Source: an uncultured virus (IMG/VR IMGVR_UViG_3300033075_000331)
Taxonomy: Duplodnaviria; Heunggongvirae; Uroviricota; Caudoviricetes
DNA: 64,000 nt
IMG/VR virus record: IMGVR_UViG_3300033075_000331
Strand: one strand, 5' to 3'
Part shown: positions 31,578 through 42,047 of the stretch, in pieces
Numbering within the stretch: position 1 is the first letter of the stretch
Layout of the letters: each line of letters begins with the position of its first letter
The notes under the pieces: model-generated
What the model was told of the DNA's origin: nothing
Database searches by the model: none
Seen by the model: only the letters and a program-made list of their open reading frames with translations
Position numbers and translations under genes: made by a program

Positions 31578-33508
31578 TGTGTTGCACTCCCAACGATATC
31601 ATTTTGGGGATACCGTACTTCCCACATCATTGGATCAAGGCTAGGATAAATCACACCGTTGTCAAGTGCCGAATCGATATCATACAAGTAATCTTCATAA
31701 TCCGCACCATCGCGGTAGCGATATTTGTTCTTGATCTTGACATACGTAACAGATTGCACCCCTTCCACCGTTGCCAATTCCGTGATCAAATCCGTCAAGA
31801 TGATCGGCTGGTTGATCTGCCACTTGTCGATATCAAAGAAATTCTTGATACTGTCAATGCAACGAGTCAATACATCGTTGATGTTGAAATTCTTGAACAC
31901 AACAATACGGAAATCCACGCCTATGTTCACGACGAATGCATCTAGGATTCGAATTTCATCTGTCAAGATTCTATATTGATCAATGTAAGTACGAAGATTT
32001 TTCTTTACATCGTCGTTGAGTCGTACAAGTTTTTTGTTGTTGTTATATCCTAGTGTATACAGATTGATGACGTTGCGCCCAATCTTGTCATTGACGAAAA
32101 TACCACCAACAGGTGCTTGGTCATTTGTCGTGCGAATAACACTGTTAATTTGTTCATCTTGTGCAACAAACGCCTTGGCTACCCCTCCGAACTTTGGTGG
32201 CATGGCATACGCACGCACAGCATAATCGTCGGCGTTGACCGTTCGATTTTGTGAGTTAAAGAACGCTAGGGCGTTTTGACGAATTTCTTCAACACTATCT
32301 TGATCTTTCCCGCCCGTAGCAGGAAGTGGATTGTTGACTGCAAGAGACGCTACCACATCATCAAACAACTGCAACTCTGGCTGCACAAACGAATCTCGTG
32401 ACGTCAAAACATCCACTGTGCGAATTTTCGTGATTGTGGCCGATGGTACATTAGACGACAACCCGCCACCCGCCACATATTTGATAGTCATAGTGGTATT
32501 GGCAGGAGCAAGTCCATACGAACGTGACGATAAGAAATCTGATGGGTCGAGTGACGTTGAAGCTAGATTATGCTGGTATTCGTCATTGGCGATTTTCTTC
32601 GGCTCCAAATTGATGGATTCGTCAGTATCGTCCAACACCCCCGATCCAAATTGCAACTCCAACTTGAAATCACTATTGTATCGTGTGACAAATCTACGCG
32701 GAGTGCGCTTGATTTTCATTACGTAAGTTGGTGGAATGCTTTGTGTAGAAGCTACCGTAGGCGACGTATTGTCTCTCGCTTCCAGAATCAAATCTTGCGC
32801 AAGATAGTCAACCTCGTGCCACGTAAAACCATTCGAATCAACAACCGATAATACTTCCAACACGTTTTCGTCAGGAATCAGTACATTGACAAAACGTTCA
32901 GCGGCACCGAACGTTACCTGCACTTCGCGAATGTCGCCCGATACCACGCGCGCCTTTTTGCGAACGAGATATGTTAGCGGCTTGTTATTAGCGTCAATGG
33001 AGAAAAGTGTAATTTCTCTGTCCGTAGGATCGGCAAAATTGATTTCAGCCGTTGTACGAAATGTGACGCTTTGATATTCATCGGACGACACGATTGCATT
33101 TGTCGCAATTCGCAACAAGTAACGGGTGTCGGGTTCATAATTCTGTGCCAACCCTGCGGCTGGGCATAGCTGATAGAAATCAGCATCCGTGCTTGCAGCG
33201 GTCGATGGTTTTGGTTTGAATCCAAATGCTTGTGCCAAAGAAATGATATTGTCTTGCTCTTCGGCATATTGCATCAAGTTTTCACGGAATTGTGTATCGA
33301 TATAATACGACAACACGTCCCCGACATATGATGCCATTTCGATGAACATCATACCCGGCGAAGCTTCATTAAAATCCGTGTAAGAATTTGGGAAGTATAC
33401 CTTTGCAAAATCAATCAACGATTGGCGAAACTGTGGGAATGTCTTCGCCAAATATCGAATTTCTTTAGTTGGTGGTGCAAATGATTTATCAAACTTGCGT
33501 AATGTCAT
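31574..33508 (-). CDS. Baseplate wedge protein (T4 gp6-like)
   Basis: YTDFNEASPG...YVGDVLSYY, FGSG, ATGGKDQDSVEEIR...QNRTVNADDY. Confidence 0.92.
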   Translation of the reverse strand: MTLRKFDKSFAPPTKEIRYLAKTFPQFRQSLIDFAKVYFPNSYTDFNEASPGMMFIEMASYVGDVLSYYIDTQFRENLMQYAEEQDNIISLAQAFGFKPKPSTAASTDADFYQLCPAAGLAQNYEPDTRYLLRIATNAIVSSDEYQSVTFRTTAEINFADPTDREITLFSIDANNKPLTYLVRKKARVVSGDIREVQVTFGAAERFVNVLIPDENVLEVLSVVDSNGFTWHEVDYLAQDLILEARDNTSPTVASTQSIPPTYVMKIKRTPRRFVTRYNSDFKLELQFGSGVLDDTDESINLEPKKIANDEYQHNLASTSLDPSDFLSSRSYGLAPANTTMTIKYVAGGGLSSNVPSATITKIRTVDVLTSRDSFVQPELQLFDDVVASLAVNNPLPATGGKDQDSVEEIRQNALAFFNSQNRTVNADDYAVRAYAMPPKFGGVAKAFVAQDEQINSVIRTTNDQAPVGGIFVNDKIGRNVINLYTLGYNNNKKLVRLNDDVKKNLRTYIDQYRILTDEIRILDAFVVNIGVDFRIVVFKNFNINDVLTRCIDSIKNFFDIDKWQINQPIILTDLITELATVEGVQSVTYVKIKNKYRYRDGADYEDYLYDIDSALDNGVIYPSLDPMMWEVRYPQNDIVGSATQ

Positions 33509-33509
33509 A

Positions 33510-33881
33510 CTAGAACACCAAAACGATACTATCGGTTATATTTTGATTGGTTAAGAACGTATACTCTACCTTTAATTCAACTCTGTTGTAATCTTCCGCC
33601 TTCTTCACCGTGGCAGTTGTCAATCGTAAAAACGGCAACCACACCTGAATTGCCGCATCCAAACTGGCATTCAATGTCGCTACCGTATCGTCGGTAATGG
33701 CTTCAAATAGTATAGAATGTCCATCCCAACCGAAATCTGGTTGGAATACTCGCTCGCCCTTGACGGTCAATAGTAGATTCGTCAAGTTGCTCTTTGCTTG
33801 TTTTACCATATCATCCGTTGTTTCGAAATATCCCATCGAACCCAAGCGCAATGGTAAGGTCAACCCATACTGTCGTGCCAT
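33510..33881 (-). CDS. Baseplate gp25-like protein
   Basis: NLLLTVKGERVFQPDFG; ends in TAG at the expected length. Confidence 0.92.
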   Translation of the reverse strand: MARQYGLTLPLRLGSMGYFETTDDMVKQAKSNLTNLLLTVKGERVFQPDFGWDGHSILFEAITDDTVATLNASLDAAIQVWLPFLRLTTATVKKAEDYNRVELKVEYTFLTNQNITDSIVLVF

Positions 33882-33882
33882 A

Positions 33883-34338
33883 TTACTTCGCCAATCTCTT
33901 CATCAACGCGGAATAGTCCTTGCTGAACACTTCGGTTAACTCTTCTGGAATCGATGCTGGGTCAATTGGAATCGGGTTACCGGACGCGCCAATGGCATAG
34001 GATACCTCTACCCCCGCAGGATTCGCCACTTCGTTCATCGGCATTCCATCCCCATATCCCAGCATTTCGGCCATTTCTCGACGTGAACGCTTAGGAACAG
34101 ATGGAACATAATCATCGTCATCATCTGCAATTGGACGAGCTTCCGTGATTTTTCTACGCTTAGACGAGTTAGACGCAAGCGGTGGCGACACTGGTTCATC
34201 TACATCCAATGTGGCCTCCATGATAAGTTGCCCCATAACTTGCGTCATGGCCTCTTTCACGAGCGTGGGCACAATGCGCTTAACTTCTGCTCGCACCATC
34301 GTCTCAATAATTTTTCGTAATTGATCGCTTTTAGTCAT
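33883..34338 (-). CDS. Hypothetical protein
   Basis: 151 aa coupled ORF. Confidence 0.65.
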   Translation of the reverse strand: MTKSDQLRKIIETMVRAEVKRIVPTLVKEAMTQVMGQLIMEATLDVDEPVSPPLASNSSKRRKITEARPIADDDDDYVPSVPKRSRREMAEMLGYGDGMPMNEVANPAGVEVSYAIGASGNPIPIDPASIPEELTEVFSKDYSALMKRLAK

Positions 34339-34350
34339 CTATTATCCTCT

Positions 34351-35631
34351 TTACGTTTTGCGCACATACGCAATTACACTGTTGAACGATGCAAACTTTC
34401 CTTTTGCCACGTCTGTCTTGAGCTTAGTGAGTGCTTGAATTACCGCAGGAGACAAAATACCCGGTCCCATTGGAGTGATCACGTGGTTAGTGGCATTGAC
34501 CAAGTGTGCATCAATAAACGCCTGTAAAAATGCAGCCAGCGATGCCCCTGCCGGAATAGGCTCTGTTTCATCATTTTGCATTCCCACATAAACCTTTGGA
34601 GCAATGAACGAAGTACGATCACCAGATTTGGTTTCAAAAATACGCCCAATTTGAAACTTTGTATCTCGTATTACGAACTTTAATACGTCTCGTCCGGAAT
34701 CAACGGTGTAATCCTCGTTCGCCGTCCAGTGAATTCCCTTTCCAGAGAATCCCATGATTTGGTTTGCACGAGTATTGATCACAAATCGATCCGTATTGAT
34801 AACTATCTGCCTTCCATCAAGTCTTGAAGGAAAATTCACAATAGATTTCGTATGTACGCTGTTTTTTTCTGTGGCGAATTGCAGCGGGACGATTTGATCG
34901 GACACTAGATACAGTGAACTATCGTCTTTGTTTACATCTTCCACCACAAGCCCGTACGGCGATTTAACATTGGGAGACTTGGCCGATGGCCCCACCCGCA
35001 ATAGTAAATTTGGCGCCTGATCTGCATTAGACTGAAAATTTGTTCCCTTTCGCCACGCAGCCCCAAAACGAATTGATTGTCCAGACCGACCCTCAAATAC
35101 GATATCCCCTTCATCGTGTCGAAGACGGTAGATACCCGGCTTTTCAACAAAATATTTCCCTAACTTGTTGGTATTGTTGACTTTAACCGATGGTGTTGCC
35201 GTAGATTTGATGAAGGATTCTGTTCGTTTCGTTGACGATACCGCAGGAGACAGTTCCTCATTCAATCCGAACATACCGTGTGACGTCACGCGACTGGACG
35301 TATTGAGCTTGCGAGTGTAATACCATCGTTGCAAAGATTCAATGACAATAACCACCTCGTTCAACAATGGGTATTCTGTAATGTTCGCATCGATGGGTAA
35401 CGCCCAATGTAACGTATCATCGGCGCGATGCATTTGACTTTTCAATAATCGAAACTTGATCGCGCCGATGTTGTATCCGTCCATCATATATTCCGGATGG
35501 TCATCATTGACTACCACGTCCACTACCACCGCTTCAATGGTGACGTCTTGAATTTGGGTATTTTGTGCGGTAGATTGAGCGAACGGATTGTGGGGGGTCC
35601 GTGCCGTGTTATTCAAGATGTACTGTTTCAT
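34351..35631 (-). CDS. Baseplate hub/spike protein (gp5/Vgr-like)
   Basis: YPLLNEVV, EGDIVFEGRSGQSIRFG; lies next to gp25. Confidence 0.7.
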   Translation of the reverse strand: MKQYILNNTARTPHNPFAQSTAQNTQIQDVTIEAVVVDVVVNDDHPEYMMDGYNIGAIKFRLLKSQMHRADDTLHWALPIDANITEYPLLNEVVIVIESLQRWYYTRKLNTSSRVTSHGMFGLNEELSPAVSSTKRTESFIKSTATPSVKVNNTNKLGKYFVEKPGIYRLRHDEGDIVFEGRSGQSIRFGAAWRKGTNFQSNADQAPNLLLRVGPSAKSPNVKSPYGLVVEDVNKDDSSLYLVSDQIVPLQFATEKNSVHTKSIVNFPSRLDGRQIVINTDRFVINTRANQIMGFSGKGIHWTANEDYTVDSGRDVLKFVIRDTKFQIGRIFETKSGDRTSFIAPKVYVGMQNDETEPIPAGASLAAFLQAFIDAHLVNATNHVITPMGPGILSPAVIQALTKLKTDVAKGKFASFNSVIAYVRKT

Positions 35632-36011
35632 TCGTTCTGCGCCGATGGTAGAGCTTTAATCTTCTGTTCCAATTCGTTAAATTCAGTTGACAAATCTGCT
35701 AACAATTTGCTTTTCTCATCTTCCGACAATAAATCTTCCGGACCCGATACCCCTTTTTTATAGGATTGTGCAGATACCAAACGCTGGACAATTGTCGCAA
35801 TTTTGATTAAATGTTCGTCACTACGTCCTAAAACGTCCATATACGAACTGATCATCGGGGCGAGAGCTACTGCCGTGTCCGCATCCCTGATGAGTCCCTT
35901 GAGGTGCGTGACCATCCCCATCAATAGCTCTCGACGGGCCACAGATCGCGAATGAACCTCTTTGAACAGGTCCGATAGAGTCTTCCCTTGAAATACTTCC
36001 GTGTCTTCCAT
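35628..36011 (-). CDS. Hypothetical helical protein
   Basis: 127 aa, RBS GAGGAG, late motif upstream. Confidence 0.65.
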   Translation of the reverse strand: MEDTEVFQGKTLSDLFKEVHSRSVARRELLMGMVTHLKGLIRDADTAVALAPMISSYMDVLGRSDEHLIKIATIVQRLVSAQSYKKGVSGPEDLLSEDEKSKLLADLSTEFNELEQKIKALPSAQNE

Positions 36012-36050
36012 GCGTGTCTCCTCGTAATAAATAGCGGAATTTAGGAAATA

Positions 36051-36794
36051 TTAGAGTTTCGATCTGTCATACGTGTGCACCGTGCCATGTGAATTGAATT
36101 CTTGAAGCTGTAGGGCAATGTGGATTCTCATCTTATTCACCACTTTGGTAATGTAGTTGGTCTCACAGTCTACCATTTCTCTAATCAACAAATAGAGGGC
36201 TTTCTTGTTGAAGTTTTCAATTCCTTCGACGTCCCGAAATAATTGGATCACCGCAGACGCAATTTCGATATCTCGTTTTTTCTTGAAGATCGACGTCAAG
36301 TTGTCATCCCAATACACAATTAACAGGCGAACAAATTCTTTCATGTCGTCATGCTCTCGATCATTTTTTGCTTCGATCATCAGCATTTCTTCAATCGGGA
36401 TATGGGTTTCGCCATTATCCGAGAGAGATACCGACCGCTTCTCTTGTTTGTATCCATTGTTGTTTTGTAAGATCAGGTAGTTCTTCGCGACAACAGAAAA
36501 ATAAGAGAACGCGGCACCCTTATCCTTGGTGTACTTGTGAAGGTTGATGATGAGATACGAGACAACCTGTCGCTTTAAATCGTCAAACGACTGGTTAATG
36601 TAAGGAAACTTGAATCGGTTGATGATATTTTCTGCCAACTTATCAAGCGCAGCGGATATAATATTTCGAAATAGAAGTTCTCGTTCGTCGCTGTCCATAC
36701 TCTCATTGTATGCGACAATTGCGGCCTCGTGTATTTCGGTGAAGTATCGCTTATCGACTTTCGGCGCAGTACTACGAGATTTCTTCATTATCAT
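36051..36794 (-). CDS. Late transcription sigma factor (gp55-like)
   Basis: KLAENIINRFKF...KGAAFSYFSVVAKN resembles sigma region 2 of T4-like late sigma factors. Confidence 0.75.
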   Translation of the reverse strand: MIMKKSRSTAPKVDKRYFTEIHEAAIVAYNESMDSDERELLFRNIISAALDKLAENIINRFKFPYINQSFDDLKRQVVSYLIINLHKYTKDKGAAFSYFSVVAKNYLILQNNNGYKQEKRSVSLSDNGETHIPIEEMLMIEAKNDREHDDMKEFVRLLIVYWDDNLTSIFKKKRDIEIASAVIQLFRDVEGIENFNKKALYLLIREMVDCETNYITKVVNKMRIHIALQLQEFNSHGTVHTYDRSKL

Positions 36795-37050
36795 TTTCCG
36801 GTAAAAATTCCTCTAGCGTGTCGATGGTCTCTTGAATCGCCTTGAATGCGGTTCCTACCTCATCATCCGCTTCGAACGATCCGCGAATGTCTACAAACCG
36901 TATGTGAGCAATTACTCGACGCAGACGATCTAACACTCGACCGTGAAGTTCTTCGTGCTGGTCAATCAACCTTAGAGCGTTTCGTAACGGGTAGGCTAGT
37001 ATGGCCAGTCCAGATACGAGCCCTATCAAAAAGTAAACAAAGCTTGTCAT
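36772..37050 (-). CDS. Small membrane protein
   Basis: N-terminal TM helix; FEADDEVG motif. Confidence 0.6.
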   Translation of the reverse strand: MTSFVYFLIGLVSGLAILAYPLRNALRLIDQHEELHGRVLDRLRRVIAHIRFVDIRGSFEADDEVGTAFKAIQETIDTLEEFLPENDNEEIS

Positions 37051-37056
37051 ATATTC

Positions 37057-37827
37057 CTATTGTAAAGTTTCATATAGAGCATTCTGTTGCTCTTGCCTAT
37101 CTATGTGCTTGTCATGAATAATGGCGTATTGAGGATCGAATGGTAAATTGGAATAATTCTGATAGCCTGTTAGTTGTTCATGCACCGGGCGGGTCCACTT
37201 GATGTGGGGTGCATTTTTGTACAATCGCATTTGAGGATCGGGCCAACACACATACGGAATTTTGTAGGTGATGGAGGATTCCGTCTCATTGATTTGTACA
37301 ATAGCGTCATAATCTTGTAAAAGTTTGAACGCCTCTGGATTGTCTTTGGCAAACGTGTCGGGCATGTTATCTGTCCGATCATCGCTAAACTGCACGGTCC
37401 ATCCCCAACGTGCTAAATGACGTGATGTGAGCCCACCACGGATGAAGTTTAGACGAGGAATCCAATATGCTTCAACGAGAGGATTGGCATCGATAACAAG
37501 TGGAAAGAAATCGAGAAGGCTTCCCTCAACCCACTCATCTGCATCTAGTTGAAGAATCCAATGTCCTTCACATTTGCTGTTGAGAAAATTCTTGTGTTCC
37601 GCGAAATTTCTATTCAGCGAATGTTGGTACACTCTGAACTTGTGACCAAACGCCATTTCATACGACCGCAGATACGTCAGGATTTCGGGGGTTCCCTTAT
37701 CGTACGCAACTACAATTTCTGCCTCAACCCCCATCGGCGGCGACTGTGCCCACTGTATTAGATGTTGCAATAAATTGTAGACATATTGTTCTTCATCGTT
37801 TACGGTAACGGCGATACTGAGTTTCAT
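37057..37827 (-). CDS. Glycosyltransferase family 2
   Basis: MKLSIAV...WILQLDADE (DxD), VHE. Confidence 0.88.
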   Translation of the reverse strand: MKLSIAVTVNDEEQYVYNLLQHLIQWAQSPPMGVEAEIVVAYDKGTPEILTYLRSYEMAFGHKFRVYQHSLNRNFAEHKNFLNSKCEGHWILQLDADEWVEGSLLDFFPLVIDANPLVEAYWIPRLNFIRGGLTSRHLARWGWTVQFSDDRTDNMPDTFAKDNPEAFKLLQDYDAIVQINETESSITYKIPYVCWPDPQMRLYKNAPHIKWTRPVHEQLTGYQNYSNLPFDPQYAIIHDKHIDRQEQQNALYETLQ

Positions 37828-38074
37828 ATTAGGTAAGATTGGAGTCTTTTAATATGACGAAACAACGAACGGGACGTTTCATAAAAAATGAAAACGTCCC
37901 GTTCAAAACCGTCCAATATAACCGATGAAGATCACCCCCTGTTTAATCGATTATATTTCGCTTATGTGTTTTACCACGGTGTAGTGATACCATAGAGCCT
38001 CCTACGGGTTGGACGTGTCGAACCGACTATTATATATAGCACAAAAAACAACAGGGCACCACTTGGGCACCCTG

Positions 38075-38599
38075 TTATTTCTTTCGACGTCTGTCCTTAC
38101 CACGCATCCAGAGTTCGAACACGGTAGGAATGTATGGCTGACTGAGGGGCCGCATACCTGCCTCTGAGAGTGTAAGATCAGCCTTTTTGTTGTTACATTT
38201 CTTACATGCCAGCAACACGTTCTTCCACTCGTCTCGACCACCCTTTGCCCTTGGGTGCACGTGGTCTCGGGTAAGCTCATCACCATCCCTAAGCTCAGAC
38301 TCGTGCTTACCGCAGTATTGACAGGTGCTCTTGTCGCGCAGCTTGAGGTTCTGGCGAGTAAGTAGTGCTGGCTTACGTGTCATTGGTCGATCTTTCTTGA
38401 CCTCTTTCAAGAGAATCTGTGTTGGGAGAGCAAAGGTTGTCGTTCCCGACGTCAAGAATGCGTCTGGATGTTCTTCCAGAACGGTTGCCTTTCCCTTGAG
38501 ACAGAGAACGAGACCTCGCTTACCAGACACCACGCTGAGTGGATTGTATGTCGCGTTGAGCACTACGCACTTAACAGATTCATTGCTCACTGTATTCAC
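38075..38599 (-). CDS. HNH endonuclease (McrA-like)
   Basis: VVLNATYNPL...RDKSTCQYCG...DHVHPRAKGG...ACKKCNNKK. Confidence 0.92.
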   Translation of the reverse strand: MNTVSNESVKCVVLNATYNPLSVVSGKRGLVLCLKGKATVLEEHPDAFLTSGTTTFALPTQILLKEVKKDRPMTRKPALLTRQNLKLRDKSTCQYCGKHESELRDGDELTRDHVHPRAKGGRDEWKNVLLACKKCNNKKADLTLSEAGMRPLSQPYIPTVFELWMRGKDRRRKK

Positions 38600-39012
38600 C
38601 CGCCTTTTATTTCATCTATGAGAGTATTGGCTGCATGTTGATCGAGTAACTTAACACATCGCCAAGCCGTTGCATAATCCTCAAATTCAATGGCTTGTAG
38701 TTTTATGTTTTCGATTGCAGCATGGAAATCCGGTTTATTGATTGATGCTACTTCATTTTGTACAACGAACAATATTGCCACGTTCGCATTTAACTCTACT
38801 GCCTTTCGTATACGTTTCAGCACATATTTGTAAAACATCTGCTGATTTTCACTTTGAAATTTTTGTAGTGCTTGCCATGTCGCAGGAAGCACCGGAACAT
38901 CATTTTGACTTTCGCGTACGGCCTCGTGTAGAGGATTTTCGTTCTTTTGTAGGTCGTTCTGCATTGGTAACTTCCCTCCCTTTATTATACACCTTTCCTG
39001 ATGGAGATACAT
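38596..39012 (-). CDS. Hypothetical protein (UVR-like C-terminal motif)
   Basis: AIEFEDYATA motif; start probably MQNDLQ. Confidence 0.55.
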   Translation of the reverse strand: MYLHQERCIIKGGKLPMQNDLQKNENPLHEAVRESQNDVPVLPATWQALQKFQSENQQMFYKYVLKRIRKAVELNANVAILFVVQNEVASINKPDFHAAIENIKLQAIEFEDYATAWRCVKLLDQHAANTLIDEIKGG

Positions 39013-39241
39013 AACGAGCCTTCAAATGCCATCCTCTCGGGCGCTTTTCTTCGGCAACAGGCTTAGGCTTCTCGGGTGGCTCTCCTAACTGCGCAGTACA
39101 ATGAGCGCACACCACAGAACGAGTGTCCGACGATATGTGATCGACCACCACCTTCTGACATTCTCGACAGAGTAGGCTAATCTTTTCTGTCGGACGTAGT
39201 GTTATCTGCGTCTGTATTCCGAGTTTTTGTTTGCGAGCCAT
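38900..39241 (-). CDS. Hypothetical Zn-ribbon protein
   Basis: CREC, CAHC, PRGWH. Confidence 0.6.
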   Translation of the reverse strand: MARKQKLGIQTQITLRPTEKISLLCRECQKVVVDHISSDTRSVVCAHCTAQLGEPPEKPKPVAEEKRPRGWHLKARYVSPSGKVYNKGREVTNAERPTKERKSSTRGRTRKSK

Positions 39242-39506
39242 AATGTCTGACGAATTTTATTCTAGCCGTTAATTGCTGCCGCATAGCATCGTGTTCCACC
39301 GCATCAAATCCGGGTAGTCGTGCTGCCAGTGACACATACTTTGCTGCCACGTACAACTGCCCAACGGTTTTACAAGATCGTACTACTCGTCTGCACTTTA
39401 CATAAATAGCCTGTAGATTGTGGTTCATCATGTTCAGTCTCCTAATGAAACAGGTCGAACCTACCATGTTCGACCTGTCAATCCCACAAGCTATGTACGT
39501 TACATG

Positions 39507-39806
39507 TTATCGAGTACCTGTAGCGTAGTATGCCTGTGCTGGAACCAAAACCTGTTCAAGCGCCGCCTTCTCACGATCAATCTCTGCGATTCGACGTTCC
39601 AGCTTGAGCTTTTCTGCTTCCAGCGCCTTGGTATAGTCAGGGACCATATCAACGATCATTCGAAGCAAGTTTACATCGATTGGTGTTGCCACTTCCTCTG
39701 GTGTTGCGATTGTCGTTCGACGAGGTTCAACCGAAACAAAGTTCATAACATCCGGCTTCGGTTTGGCACCCAACTGATTTCGTACGCGATCAAAAAGTGT
39801 AATCAT
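39507..39806 (-). CDS. Hypothetical coiled-coil protein
   Basis: 99 aa ORF. Confidence 0.55.
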   Translation of the reverse strand: MITLFDRVRNQLGAKPKPDVMNFVSVEPRRTTIATPEEVATPIDVNLLRMIVDMVPDYTKALEAEKLKLERRIAEIDREKAALEQVLVPAQAYYATGTR

Positions 39807-39810
39807 ATGA

Positions 39811-40353
39811 TTATTGAATAGATTTATTTGCGTCTATCATTGTGCGGAAAAATTCTTGAGTATCTTCGTGAGTCATTTCATTTTTAGCATAATTTACTGC
39901 TATACTAACAAACTGAATATTGTCTCTTGTGTATCCCTTGGACGAGTCTATCCGGTCTAACGATGCCGTATAAATCGGATTGTTTCTTGTGGTGTAATGC
40001 GGATGTTGTAACTGTATTCCAGTATATGCACATTTACCATTTTTTTGATCTTTCCACTTTGCCACTAAATCATCTAACGTTATATCTACTTCTCTGCCAC
40101 ATTCTTTTTGTCGTCTCTTTGCTGCCCGTAAATAAGACCGATATGGTGAATATACATCTAGTCTATTGTTCGGTTGAAGATTTTCGATCTTACCAGAAAA
40201 CTTCTTTAGATGACCACTATTTGCAAGTCCATTACATTTCAAAGAACAAAAGAACCTGCTTCCATCTCTTATCTTTCTGTTATACTCGCCAGTTGGCTTA
40301 AGAAATGCTTTACCACAGTGTGAACATATAGCTTCTTTCATTCCACCCTCCAC
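39811..40353 (-). CDS. Homing endonuclease (HNH/Endo VII-like) downstream of tmRNA
   Basis: CAYTG...ASLDRIDSSKGYTRDNIQFV; same family as 15845-16468. Confidence 0.85.
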   Translation of the reverse strand: MEGGMKEAICSHCGKAFLKPTGEYNRKIRDGSRFFCSLKCNGLANSGHLKKFSGKIENLQPNNRLDVYSPYRSYLRAAKRRQKECGREVDITLDDLVAKWKDQKNGKCAYTGIQLQHPHYTTRNNPIYTASLDRIDSSKGYTRDNIQFVSIAVNYAKNEMTHEDTQEFFRTMIDANKSIQ

Positions 40354-40392
40354 TAGTAAACCTATAAGTAGTGGAGACGGCTGGATTTATCA

Positions 40393-40749
40393 TGGAGACG
40401 GAGGGAATCGAACCCTCGTGTTGTGCAATATACTAATAACAGCTTCTACGTGTGTATCAACTTGTTTAAGTTAAACCATGGAGCGACAAATTGCAAGCCC
40501 TACCGTGGCCGATTCTCTAAGTTTTCATCGATATATCCGAGACATATACATCGCCTATCCTACTGCTGTACTAGAATCTCGTCGTAGGTGTCCGATCATC
40601 TAGCGTTCTCAAACTACGATTTACGCAGCGAGAGCGAATGCCTGAGTGTTGGCAGTTATGATTTTTCAATCTGTTCTTTTACGAGTGCTGATTGCAAACT
40701 CGACACGCTACCACTATCCTCTATCCACAATCGAAACCTGTTCGTCCCC
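40393..40749 (-). ncRNA. ssrA: tmRNA, tag peptide (A)ANTQAFALAA*
   Basis: 5' GGGGACGAACAGGTTTCGA; 3' T-arm GAGGGTTCGATTCCCTC then CGTCTCCA (G3.U70); resume context ATAACT-GCC; tag ORF 40621-40653. Confidence 0.96.
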
Positions 40750-40754
40750 GAAAT

Positions 40755-41057
40755 TTATAACGAGATTGGACCATTTACACCGTGCTTATACACGACGAGA
40801 CAATCAAACTCACTACCGTCGATAATCTCCTCCGAGACTACAAAATACGCTTCATCCGGTTTTGCGGATTCCGGTACTTCTAACTCGTTCACATTGTCAA
40901 TACAATACTGGATGGCTTTTTCCAATGTGGACCTAACCACCATCACTGTACATTCCTCATGTGAGTATGTTGGATATGGATCGCACACACCCTCTATTGT
41001 GTAATGATCTTCTCGCAACTCTACTAAATAGACTTTATTCATACGGCGCCTCGGCAA
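40755..41057 (-). CDS. Hypothetical protein
   Basis: Acidic ORF of about 95 aa. Confidence 0.55.
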   Translation of the reverse strand: MPRRRMNKVYLVELREDHYTIEGVCDPYPTYSHEECTVMVVRSTLEKAIQYCIDNVNELEVPESAKPDEAYFVVSEEIIDGSEFDCLVVYKHGVNGPISL

Positions 41058-41598
41058 TCAATTCGTCCAAGTAATCCCACATATCCACTAGTACGCTAGG
41101 CCCACCAGCATCCGCCCTGTCACCACCCAACATCTTCACAAACATCGGATGTTCCTTACGATACATACTGGTTTTGCTTCCACCAGCTTCCAAGTGAGCG
41201 ATACGATCCGCCAGCTTGACCAACAGAGCCTTCGGATGCGCAGCGATCTTCGGATACGTGACAGCATGGCGTTCTTTGCGAGTCATACCCTTCGGTTCCG
41301 TCACGGCAGCAACAATCTCTGCCACTTCGAATCCGAACAGCGCCACCAACTCTTCGTATCTAGCACTAGTGTCTTCCAGCGTATCATGAAGCCAGAACGA
41401 ACAGAGGAACGTGTCATCGACCAGACCAAACCGACGTCCGACACCTTCTACCGCTTGTAAATGGATCACATACGGAAACTCCTCACCATACTTCTGACCT
41501 TCGTGAGCTTTGGCAGCGAATTTCTTGGCGAGTTGAACTTTCTTGCTCCACATACGTCCTCTTGGTTTGGTGTGACCGTAACATACACAAGCACACAC
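41035..41598 (-). CDS. HD-domain (p)ppGpp hydrolase-like protein (SpoT-HD/Mesh1 family)
   Basis: AHEGQKY...PYVIH...LHDTLEDT...VKLADR; likely start MWSKK. Confidence 0.88.
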   Translation of the reverse strand: MCACVCYGHTKPRGRMWSKKVQLAKKFAAKAHEGQKYGEEFPYVIHLQAVEGVGRRFGLVDDTFLCSFWLHDTLEDTSARYEELVALFGFEVAEIVAAVTEPKGMTRKERHAVTYPKIAAHPKALLVKLADRIAHLEAGGSKTSMYRKEHPMFVKMLGGDRADAGGPSVLVDMWDYLDELIAEAPYE

Positions 41599-41611
41599 GA
41601 AAAGTCAAGGG

Positions 41612-41998
41612 TTATTTTTCAATGACAATTCCATGTTCTATAAGAGCACGTACCCCATCTTCAATCGCCTTACGGGAACGCACCCATAGTTTCTTCACAC
41701 TCTTACGTTCAAACTCCCACGTAGCGTCTACAATCTCGTCCATGGTCATGAATCGATTATGAGAGATAGTACGCAGTAAATCACCGTAATCATTAGCAAC
41801 CTGCATGACAACCTCTTTCTTCAAATCATATCGAACACTACCATCTAATCGACGGAAATTGAGCTTATATCGAACAATCGTTGGTGGCGGAACCGGAGCT
41901 TTTTCTTTCTTCGGCTTGGTTTCCACCACTGGTTTTGGAACAACAACGGGTTCTGGCTTTACTTCCTCTATAACGGTCTCTTTTGTTTCTTCTGTCAT
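41612..41998 (-). CDS. Hypothetical protein
   Basis: 128 aa, RBS GGAG. Confidence 0.6.
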   Translation of the reverse strand: MTEETKETVIEEVKPEPVVVPKPVVETKPKKEKAPVPPPTIVRYKLNFRRLDGSVRYDLKKEVVMQVANDYGDLLRTISHNRFMTMDEIVDATWEFERKSVKKLWVRSRKAIEDGVRALIEHGIVIEK

Positions 41999-42047
41999 AT
42001 ACGAACTCCGTAACGGAACTATACATACTTATTGAACTAAGTCGGTT

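Noticed and set aside
40371..40401. Duplicated TGGAGACGG at the tmRNA 3' end as an att site
   Set aside because: Only 9 bp, partly explained by the endonuclease hairpin arm; no integrase nearby.
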